A stretch of 64,000 bases of DNA from an uncultured Arenicella sp. GTDB lineage: Bacteria; Pseudomonadota; Gammaproteobacteria; Arenicellales; Arenicellaceae. Positions within the stretch are counted from its first letter, which is position 1. Each line of letters begins with the position of its first letter. This document shows positions 55,506 to 62,969 of the stretch, in pieces. A model generated the notes under the pieces. That model saw only the letters and a program-made list of their open reading frames with translations. It ran no database searches and had not been told where the DNA came from. The DNA lies in assembly GCA_943846765.1 (NCBI GenBank), contig OX044369.1, forward strand, positions 1,832,715-1,896,714. The letters run 5' to 3'. The position numbers and the translations under genes were made by a program.

Positions 55506-56162
55506 ATGTCGCAGAAAAAATTGAATTTTTCCGAGTTAGACAGCACTCAGATGTTGCAAAACTCTAGCGCGTTTTACCATCACATGAAGACGCGTCGAAC
55601 TGTGCGCAATTTTTCAGATCGCGCTGTAGACCCAAAAATCTTGCGTAATGCTATTCGTACAGCAGGTACCGCACCGAGTGGCGCTAATAAGCAGCCCTGG
55701 CATTTCGTTTTGATATCCGATCAAAAGGTAAAGCATGAAATACGCGTAGCGGCAGAGAAAGAAGAACATGAGTTTTATACAAGCCGCGCGCCGAAGGCAT
55801 GGCTTGATGATCTAGAGGTTTTTGACACGGATCAGCACAAACCTTTTCTGGAAACAGCCCCGCATTTAGTCGCTATATTTCTTGAGCGTAATACAGTTGA
55901 TGCTGAGGGAATCAAGCACAAAAACTACTACATGCCCGAGTCCGTGGGTATTGCGACTGGGTTCTTGTTGGCCGCGTTGCATAACGCAGGTTTAGTGACG
56001 CTTACGCATACTCCGAGCCCAATGAAATTTTTGAATCAAATATTAGAAAGGCCAACTAACGAAAAGCCTTACATGCTGATCGTTGTTGGTTATCCAGCTG
56101 ATGGGGCAACGGTACCGGATATTAGCCGTAAAGAGTACGACGAGATAGCAACTGAATTCTAG
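55506..56162 (+). CDS. Nitroreductase-superfamily flavoprotein, iodotyrosine-deiodinase (IYD)-like
   Basis: RRTVRNF, IRTAGTAPSGANKQPWHFV, EKEEHEFY lid-like segment, LLAALHNAGLVTLTHTP, ATVPDISRK. From memory it is collinear with animal IYD. Alternative TTG start at 55494. Confidence 0.65.
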   Translation: MSQKKLNFSELDSTQMLQNSSAFYHHMKTRRTVRNFSDRAVDPKILRNAIRTAGTAPSGANKQPWHFVLISDQKVKHEIRVAAEKEEHEFYTSRAPKAWLDDLEVFDTDQHKPFLETAPHLVAIFLERNTVDAEGIKHKNYYMPESVGIATGFLLAALHNAGLVTLTHTPSPMKFLNQILERPTNEKPYMLIVVGYPADGATVPDISRKEYDEIATEF

Positions 56163-56249
56163 AGGTTGTTGTCTACGGTCTATTTTTTATTAAGGCCAGT
56201 GTTAGTACTAAAGTGTAATTGAAGCTTAGGTGCCAACCCTCTACATTAC

Positions 56250-56568
56250 TCCTAAGCGCACAAGAGCTTTGAAGAGATAGCAAGGACGTTGTTGTCTTTA
56301 TTGTTCAAAGCGTGGTTTTGTGAACACTGCAGCGCCAAGGATGGCGCTAAGCAAAGGACTAAAGGATTAGACCTTAAAGTGTTATGGGTTAGGCAGCAAG
56401 GGCTTAAACAAAGCTAGGTCGGGGAGAGCGCCAAGGATGGTGTTAGGTAAGCAAAGAGTGTTAAAGGATTAACTTTCACTTATCTACCCCGATTGTTTTG
56501 ATCATTAAAGTACTAATGCTCCTAACGTTATTTAGGTACTGCTATTTACGACAATAAAAAGGATTTTT
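56250..56568 (+). promoter_or_regulatory. AAGGA-rich leader RNA of locus B (CsrA/RsmA-type multi-site leader, or a Csr/Rsm-like sRNA)
   Basis: Seven AAGGA motifs fall in ~280 nt (56282, 56337, 56354, 56362, 56433, 56464, 56558). Two sit in GGA-loop hairpins and the last is the SD of the first gene. A possible sigma70 promoter is TTGAAG-17-TACATT at 56219..56247. There is no strong terminator before 56569. Confidence 0.4.
56331..56471 (+). repeat. Two ~40-45-nt direct repeats, each starting with an AGCGCCA-AGGA-UGG(C/U)G(C/U)U hairpin and ending in AAAGGATTA
   Basis: Copy 1 is 56331..56369 and copy 2 is 56427..56471. In copy 2 the stem is kept by two G.U pairs, which works only as plus-strand RNA. 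Confidence 0.7.
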
Positions 56569-57021
56569 ATGTTTATTACGATGATCGGTAAATCATTCTA
56601 TTCGCAAGATAAGTCTCCGGTGGAGGATATTATCTATTCATTACGTTTTGAAATTGATCATGCATCCGTTGAGTCGGGCACCTATGTCTACGGACCTGAA
56701 AATAGTTCAGCGCGCCGACTTGGCAGCAGCGAAGTCGGTTTGACTGCTCTGTATGACCTGCGCGTTCGCATAAAGACACGCAGTGGAGACTACAAAGCTG
56801 TTTGTGTCGATGTCAATTCGGCGATGCAAAAACTACGAAGTACGCCTAACGTCGACGGGTTACTGCTTACGGGAGAGAAGGGCAGTAGCGCGATAGTGGT
56901 TAAGGTTAATTCAAAATCTGTTGAGATCAACTATCACGTTTATAGAGACTACACAGGCCCACAAAACCAGTTTTACTTTAAAACAAAGGTCTTTGCTTTG
57001 TGTGAGTACGCGTTTGCTTAA
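56569..57021 (+). CDS. Small cytoplasmic protein, unknown function (locus B, gene 1)
   Basis: 150 aa, no signal peptide or TM, and an AAAGGA SD 7 nt upstream. Confidence 0.55.
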   Translation: MFITMIGKSFYSQDKSPVEDIIYSLRFEIDHASVESGTYVYGPENSSARRLGSSEVGLTALYDLRVRIKTRSGDYKAVCVDVNSAMQKLRSTPNVDGLLLTGEKGSSAIVVKVNSKSVEINYHVYRDYTGPQNQFYFKTKVFALCEYAFA

Positions 57022-57098
57022 GGTCTCTGTTTTCCAAACTTTCTAATATTTAAAATTTTTAGAAGAGGACATTAAAGGAAGAGTAAACCAAATTACGC

Positions 57099-57130
57099 GG
57101 TCAAGGATGATTGCGATACATCAAGGAGGA
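57099..57130 (+). promoter_or_regulatory. Paired GGA sites before the DUF2235 gene: hairpin GGUCA-AGGA-UGAUU plus SD-overlapping CAAGGAGGA
   Basis: The two sites are ~18 nt apart, and the second ends 8 nt before ATG 57139. This is the classic two-site geometry for CsrA-type translational repression. Confidence 0.35.
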
Positions 57131-57138
57131 TTAGCGCA

Positions 57139-58179
57139 ATGGTGGCTAGAAGATATGTTGGGGCCTTAATTCGATTAGCACAATCAGGAGAGGGGCGGGA
57201 CGCGACTCCTCAAGAACTGGCGCAATACGGGGTTATTGCAGAGCAAATCACAGAGCTTCCCAGCGTTGGTACCTATAACTTAAACGACGACGCTCATCGC
57301 TTAATGCTTATTTCATTTGATGGAACGAGCGGAGATCGTGAAGGCCGAGGCGACACACATACTAACCCTGACATTCTAGAACAACTTGTTCAAGAAAATG
57401 AAAGGGTCAGTGCAATGTACGTTCATGGTGTAGGGACGCGTGCCGCTACGCCAATTCACGGCCTTTTCGAAATGGCAACTGGTTCTGGAACAGAGCAGCG
57501 TGCCGAAATGGCTTATCGAGAGTTTGTGACCGAGGTACAGCAATGGCACGACCAAGACCCTAATATAGAGCCCCATGTTGTTACCACCGGTTTTAGTAGA
57601 GGTGTTGGTTCGCAGCGGCATTTTGCTAATTTGGTCGAGGATCATGGAGTGGCGAATAAAGAATGTACGGGGTTTCTAATAGAGCCGGGACAGGTAAAGC
57701 AGGACCTCATGCTAATGTACGACGGCGTGGTGACGGGGCAAGAGCGAGTGCTTGATCTACCGATTCCACAGAGTGTTGTCTCTAGTGTTCACCTGGTGGC
57801 TGCCCACGAAAAGCGTGCCTTATTTGATTCGGCAAGCATCGTTGATCCACTGTACCCAGATCAAGTCGGTCGGCTTGAGGTTGAAGTGCCTGGCCATCAC
57901 GTAGACTCTGGAGGTGACTACGATTACGGAGGTTTGTCGGCTCGCACCCTAGAACTTGGTGTGTTGGCTTTGCAAAAAAATCATGTCCCGATAGTTGATT
58001 TGCCTGAGCAGTATCAATCCCAAGATGGTCGAGTTGACTTAACGGCAAATAATTCAATTTTGCCTTTCAACTGGGAAAGTTCGAAACGAGAAGTGGATCA
58101 CTACAGCGATGAAACGCTCGGCCCCAAACTAAATGATCACGACGCTCTGGAGCAAGGATGTTCATTAAACCTCAACTAG
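57139..58179 (+). CDS. DUF2235 (Tle1-like) alpha/beta-hydrolase, candidate phospholipase effector
   Basis: The ordered DUF2235 blocks are ISFDGT, YVHGVGT, TGFSRGVG (nucleophile Ser codon 57595..57597), MYDGVVTG, VAAHEKRALFD and VPGHHVDSGGDY. There is no signal peptide. Confidence 0.65.
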   Translation: MVARRYVGALIRLAQSGEGRDATPQELAQYGVIAEQITELPSVGTYNLNDDAHRLMLISFDGTSGDREGRGDTHTNPDILEQLVQENERVSAMYVHGVGTRAATPIHGLFEMATGSGTEQRAEMAYREFVTEVQQWHDQDPNIEPHVVTTGFSRGVGSQRHFANLVEDHGVANKECTGFLIEPGQVKQDLMLMYDGVVTGQERVLDLPIPQSVVSSVHLVAAHEKRALFDSASIVDPLYPDQVGRLEVEVPGHHVDSGGDYDYGGLSARTLELGVLALQKNHVPIVDLPEQYQSQDGRVDLTANNSILPFNWESSKREVDHYSDETLGPKLNDHDALEQGCSLNLN

Positions 58180-59060
58180 GCGCAAATTTCGCGCAGACAG
58201 CACAACCAAGATTATTCGATTCTCTCGCTATTAGGCGCGTTGCCAGTATTCTAATTCTCCTCAGTGTTACCCCCACTTGTCTTGCCTTTGACATAAATAG
58301 TTATGTCCCTAGTGGTGAGCTCGTGGGGTCTTTTTTGGGGCCGAATGGGTGGCGCGGACACATTACCCAGAATGATAAAGGAATCAAAGTTATTTTGTGG
58401 GAAGCGCCAGACGGGCTGGTAGTGATAGGCAAATTGATTGACAAGCGCGGTCGCGACCTAAATAGGCTAGCTCAGGTTAAGCACGACACGAATGCCATCG
58501 TAATTTCGGTTCTTTCTAAAATGAGCGTGTCTAGTGACCTTATCGATGTGGGTGACGATCAGGCTCACAATATTGAGGCCGTAGCGTATGAGGAATTGCT
58601 AAAGCTAGACGAAAAGAATTATACAAGCATCGCACCTTCTCATCTTAATAATGCCTTAAATGATGGTGGAGATATAAAAGAAATGTATGCGTTTTATGAC
58701 TACCAATGTCCATACTGCGCATCCGCTTTAAGACATATTTCTTCTTCAGGCCTCGCCGCAAAGGTGCACTGGTTGCCTGTTGCAATTTTGGGTAATGGTA
58801 GCGCGAACTACGGGGCAGGCGTATTGGATGGCAGCTTGGACATACAGCATATGGGGGGCGCCAGCAGAGTAGGCTACCCCAAGCCAAAAAAGCAAAGCAT
58901 GGATGCTGTAGCGCACAATACCGCGTTACTTAAAGCAATACAGGGACGAGCGTCCACGCCGTTATTTTTATATCGTACGCCAAGCGGAAAAGTCCTCTCT
59001 TTGGCAGGCTTTAGCGAAGCGGCGCCGAGTGCACTTAACGACATGCTTAACACTGATTAG
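58158..59060 (+). CDS. Periplasmic thiol:disulfide interchange protein, DsbG/DsbC (IncI TrbB)-like
   Basis: Signal peptide, an N-terminal dimerisation-like domain, and a thioredoxin fold with the CPYC active site (58707..58718). It overlaps the preceding gene by 22 nt. Confidence 0.65.
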   Translation: MFIKPQLGANFAQTAQPRLFDSLAIRRVASILILLSVTPTCLAFDINSYVPSGELVGSFLGPNGWRGHITQNDKGIKVILWEAPDGLVVIGKLIDKRGRDLNRLAQVKHDTNAIVISVLSKMSVSSDLIDVGDDQAHNIEAVAYEELLKLDEKNYTSIAPSHLNNALNDGGDIKEMYAFYDYQCPYCASALRHISSSGLAAKVHWLPVAILGNGSANYGAGVLDGSLDIQHMGGASRVGYPKPKKQSMDAVAHNTALLKAIQGRASTPLFLYRTPSGKVLSLAGFSEAAPSALNDMLNTD

Positions 59061-59062
59061 CT

Positions 59063-61030
59063 GTGGCGCGACCCAATACTGGCACGCACTACAGCAAACG
59101 CGGTTTAGACAGCGCCGATTTTGCTGACGGACGCACTCTACTCAGAGATACTCGCACCAGAAGTGAGCAACTAAGTTCACTCTTTTCCAGCGGCCCCATA
59201 GCGAGCGGAGTGTTGGCCGTAACGAGTTTGGCTCTTTTATGGTTACCCATAGTCTGGGAGCTGCTTTTTGTGATTCAGCTACTATATAGCGTATGGGTGT
59301 TCCGGCGTTTAGTCGGGCCTAGTAGTCTTCCGAATGTTTTACCCAGGACAGCCAAGCATAAAGTAGACCCACACAACCCATTGCCGGGCGGAGCTCAACT
59401 CGGGCCACCCAGTGGGGATATGTATTTAGGGGTTGAGCGGCAAACAAAAAAGCAAGTTTGGTTCAAGTTTAACGATTGGCTCCGTCACGGGCTAATAACC
59501 GGTACCACTGGGTCGGGTAAAACTGAGTTGCTCATTGCTATCGCCTATAACTTTTTGTGTGCTGGTGGATCGGGATTAATGTTTGCAGACCCAAAAGGAG
59601 ATCCTAAGGCTGCACTTAAGCTTGCTTGGATAGCAAAGCGGTTTGGTCGTGAAGACGACCTGCTTATCTGTAATTACATCTCACCAGAGAATCTCGACGT
59701 CGGTACTCTAGATTACCAAGCGACTAATACCAGTAACCCAACACAAACTGGCAACGCAAAAGAGGTAGCGAATATGCTCACTTCGTTGTTGCCAAAAAAC
59801 GAGGGTGGCAACAATGCTGTTTTCGCTGACAACGCGATCACTCTGGCACAAGTGCTCAGCCGATGCTTGGTTGACCTTCGTGATAAAGATGAGCTGACGC
59901 TTAGTTGGGGGGTGTTTCGAGACCATCTGAACTTACCTGCTTGCATAGAACTTGCGCGCCACACATCTTTAGACATCGAAGCACGCAGAGAGCTGGAACT
60001 TTTTGTTTATGGAATTGCTGGCGTGTCACGCACTAAAGGAGCGCATGATCAGGTGCAAACTGCTTATGATCAGTTCGGGTATTTTGCCAGTTATTGCCAA
60101 CGAGGCTTGGCTACTCTTACGGGTTCGTTCGGCTATATCTATGATTGCAAATATGGCGATTTCTCTTATGACGACGTGGTGAATCGACAACGAATTCTCT
60201 TATCTGTATTACCGAGTTTGCAAAGCACACAAGATGAGATGAGTTTGCTTGGACGAATCGATCTATTTGGAAAAAAACAAGCGCTTGCCGAGGGTTTAGC
60301 TAAGAGGCTAGAAGGCAGTGGCAATCAAGTGCAGCAGAATCAATCTGAGGTTGACGGCGTGCCATCGCTGAACATCATGGATGAGTATAAGTACATCTCA
60401 GTGCCGGGGATGAGCGTTGCTGCAACGCAGGGCAGGAGCCTTGGTTGGGCATCGTTGGTCGGTGTTCAATCTTACGCTGGCTTATGTGTTGATGGCGAAG
60501 CCGAAGCTGATGAATGGTTAGAGAACACGTCGACGAAGCTAATTGGGTCTGCCCAAGGAGACTCGACCTTTGACAAAATTAATTCGATAGTGGGTCAGGA
60601 ATTCGTCGCTCGTTCAGAAGGCCGAACTCAAACAGGTGCTTGGTTCGCGGGAACGGCGGACAAGATGAGCTTGAGTTACGAGAAGCAAGATATTTTGGAT
60701 ATCCGCGATATACGCGCTCAAATCGAAGGCGAATTTACGTTGATCGTACGAGACCGAGAAATTCGAATGCATACACTGTACGTCGACACGACAAGTAAAG
60801 AACAGTCGCATCAGAGTTTATTGATGAACAGTTTTATTGATCTGCCACCACCCAACCCACTAACAGTCGAGGCCGCGGTACTCTATTCGAAACTATTTGA
60901 TGGAACCTTGCTCGAGGGCTTATCAGCATCTACCGATGCAAAGCATCTGCAGTTTGTATCTCGAAGACTCAAAGCCGCGAAGGGTCAAGCCGGTACCATT
61001 TATGCACTATTGTCGCGACCTGGCCAGTAA
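59063..61030 (+). CDS. Type IVB coupling-protein-like ATPase (DotL/IcmO, IncI TrbC family)
   Basis: LLRDTRT N-terminus, two TM helices, Walker A GTTGSGKT (59501..59524), GREDDLL, NRQRILLSVLPSLQSTQDE, Walker B-like LNIMDEYKY, TQGRSLGW. All are collinear with Legionella DotL as I recall it. The GTG start is 2 nt after the previous stop. Confidence 0.7.
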   Translation: MARPNTGTHYSKRGLDSADFADGRTLLRDTRTRSEQLSSLFSSGPIASGVLAVTSLALLWLPIVWELLFVIQLLYSVWVFRRLVGPSSLPNVLPRTAKHKVDPHNPLPGGAQLGPPSGDMYLGVERQTKKQVWFKFNDWLRHGLITGTTGSGKTELLIAIAYNFLCAGGSGLMFADPKGDPKAALKLAWIAKRFGREDDLLICNYISPENLDVGTLDYQATNTSNPTQTGNAKEVANMLTSLLPKNEGGNNAVFADNAITLAQVLSRCLVDLRDKDELTLSWGVFRDHLNLPACIELARHTSLDIEARRELELFVYGIAGVSRTKGAHDQVQTAYDQFGYFASYCQRGLATLTGSFGYIYDCKYGDFSYDDVVNRQRILLSVLPSLQSTQDEMSLLGRIDLFGKKQALAEGLAKRLEGSGNQVQQNQSEVDGVPSLNIMDEYKYISVPGMSVAATQGRSLGWASLVGVQSYAGLCVDGEAEADEWLENTSTKLIGSAQGDSTFDKINSIVGQEFVARSEGRTQTGAWFAGTADKMSLSYEKQDILDIRDIRAQIEGEFTLIVRDREIRMHTLYVDTTSKEQSHQSLLMNSFIDLPPPNPLTVEAAVLYSKLFDGTLLEGLSASTDAKHLQFVSRRLKAAKGQAGTIYALLSRPGQ

Positions 61031-61128
61031 CAGATAAGGTGCCGCTCAATTACGGTGAGTTGTGAGTTGCAGGTGCCGAAAGTCTTAGACTATGGTAAAA
61101 AGGAGTTTGAAAAATTAAGGAGAACTTC

Positions 61129-62469
61129 ATGACTCGTAAAACACCCATTCTATTCGCAGCATTTTTATCGGCGTTAATTTGCCTTTTTGTGGGCACATCG
61201 ACCGCTCATGCCGCCGCTTCCCCTGCCGTAGATAAAGATTATAAAGAGTATCTGGGAGAGCTTTTCACGCACTTTCATTTAAATCCCGAGTTGAGTCTTA
61301 TAGAGAACAAGACGGCCGAACGGATGGCAAAAGAGCTCAGCGCCGCTGGTTTTGAGGTTACTGAGGGCGTTGGTGGTACCGGTTTAGTCGCCATTATGAA
61401 GAATGGCGAAGGCCCATTGATCAGTGTGCGAGCTGATATGGATGGTCTGCCAGTAGAAGAAAAGTCTGGTTTGTCATACGCAAGCCGAGCTAAGCAAATT
61501 AGCCCGATCACTGGCCAAGAGGTTTTTGTAATGCACGCGTGTGGTCACGATGTGCATATCACTAGTTTGGTAGGCACAGCACGCCAGATGCAAGCACGTA
61601 AGGATGAATGGTCAGGCACCCTTATGCTTATTGTTCAACCAGCAGAAGAGCGTGTAATTGGCGCTCGAGCGATGATGGACGATAACTTGTACGAGCGCTT
61701 TGGTACGCCAGATATTGGCCTAGCTTTTCATGTTTCTTCCGGACTTGAAGCGGGTACAGTTAACGTGGTTGATGATAGTCCTTTTGCTGGAGCTGATACA
61801 GTCGACATCGTGATCCATGGTGTTGGTGCTCATGGTGCTAGCCCACACGCGGGCAAAGATCCTATCGTTTTAGGGTCACAGATCGTGATGGCTTTGCAGA
61901 CACTAGTTGCACGCGAATTGTCTCCACGTCAACCTGGGGTAGTTACGGTTGGATCATTCCATTCCGGAACTAAGCACAATATTATTTCTGATCGAGCTGT
62001 TCTGCAATTAACTGTACGAAATACCAACCAAGATACACGCAAGCTTCTTTTAGATGGAATCGAGCGCATCGCGGTTAATATGGGTCGTGTAGCGGGTCTT
62101 CCAGAAGATAAGCTACCAGAGGTTACAGTATCGAATGAAAGCGTGCCTCCAACGGTTAATGATGCAGAATTGGCCCAAGATTTACGTCAGGTGTGGGTTG
62201 ATACCCTTGGCGCAGATCGCGTAACCAGTCAACAAGCCTCAGGAATGGGCGCAGAAGACTACCCATTCTTTACGACTGATCCGTACATTCGAAGTGTTTA
62301 CTTTTCAGTAGGTGGAACATCAGCTGAAGATTTCGAAGCAGCTAAAAATGGCGGTAAGCCCGTAGCGAGCCACCATAGTCCGTTGTTCAAAATTGAGCCT
62401 AAGCCTGCCGTAACGGCTGGTGTTGATGCGACAGTGGCTGCGTTACTACATTTAATGCCAAGTTCATAA
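61129..62469 (+). CDS. Exported M20-family amidohydrolase (hippurate hydrolase/aminoacylase-like)
   Basis: Signal peptide, MHACGHDVH metal site, and the IVQPAEE and HGVGAHGASPH blocks. Confidence 0.8.
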   Translation: MTRKTPILFAAFLSALICLFVGTSTAHAAASPAVDKDYKEYLGELFTHFHLNPELSLIENKTAERMAKELSAAGFEVTEGVGGTGLVAIMKNGEGPLISVRADMDGLPVEEKSGLSYASRAKQISPITGQEVFVMHACGHDVHITSLVGTARQMQARKDEWSGTLMLIVQPAEERVIGARAMMDDNLYERFGTPDIGLAFHVSSGLEAGTVNVVDDSPFAGADTVDIVIHGVGAHGASPHAGKDPIVLGSQIVMALQTLVARELSPRQPGVVTVGSFHSGTKHNIISDRAVLQLTVRNTNQDTRKLLLDGIERIAVNMGRVAGLPEDKLPEVTVSNESVPPTVNDAELAQDLRQVWVDTLGADRVTSQQASGMGAEDYPFFTTDPYIRSVYFSVGGTSAEDFEAAKNGGKPVASHHSPLFKIEPKPAVTAGVDATVAALLHLMPSS

Positions 62470-62507
62470 GCTTGTCAGGTGAGTAGCGTTGCTACAGGCT
62501 TTTCGTA

Positions 62508-62969
62508 GTGGATAGCCTGCATGACATTGAGGTGTTGATCGAATCTGGTCAAGGCCTCATCGTTTTAGAAACCGAGCAGGAAGCACGGTTTATTGAAGGG
62601 TTTCGGCGCATCGCAACGCGTTCTTCAAGAGCCTATTTTCAGTGGACGGTCACACAAGGCCTCGAGCGCTTGAGTGAGGGCTATTCGGCTCTACCGTTGC
62701 TCAAAGATATGAATCAACTATTTGGTCAGATTCTGTCTACACAGCATAAGGGTGTGTATATTCTGACCGACTTTCATCATTACCTAGAAGACCCTACTGT
62801 TATTCGGCATCTTAAGGACATAGGTATTAAGGCACCGCACCAGGCGCTAATTCTTTTGTCTCGAAAGATCAGCTTGCCTGAAGATTTAAAATCACGTGGA
62901 ACGCGTTTTAGTATGCCATTGCCTGCAGCTGATGAGCTACGGCGAATGGTGAATGGTTATTACCGTTAA
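62508..62969 (+). pseudogene. 5' fragment of an AAA+ ATPase gene (N-terminal domain only, no Walker motifs)
   Basis: The N-terminal domain pattern (LIVLETEQEARFIEGFRRIA...YFQWTVTQGLERL) is recalled from ~500-aa AAA proteins. The ORF stops after 153 aa, where it runs into a convergent truncated gene. Confidence 0.5.

Noticed and set aside
40651-56162. Treating all genes between the two T4B-like loci as part of one secretion island.
   Set aside because: Their products (dgoD, MATE, DUF885, TetR operon, LpxO-like, nitroreductase, and others) have no secretion-related features. No mobility genes or border repeats were seen. I could not compute composition.
56214-56230. GacA/UvrY-box-like sequence TGTAATTGAAGCTTAGG upstream of the AAGGA-rich RNA.
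   Set aside because: Only one half-site is good, and the spacing is N5 rather than N6. It also overlaps the candidate -35 instead of lying ~70 bp upstream. That is not enough to call a Gac-dependent sRNA promoter.
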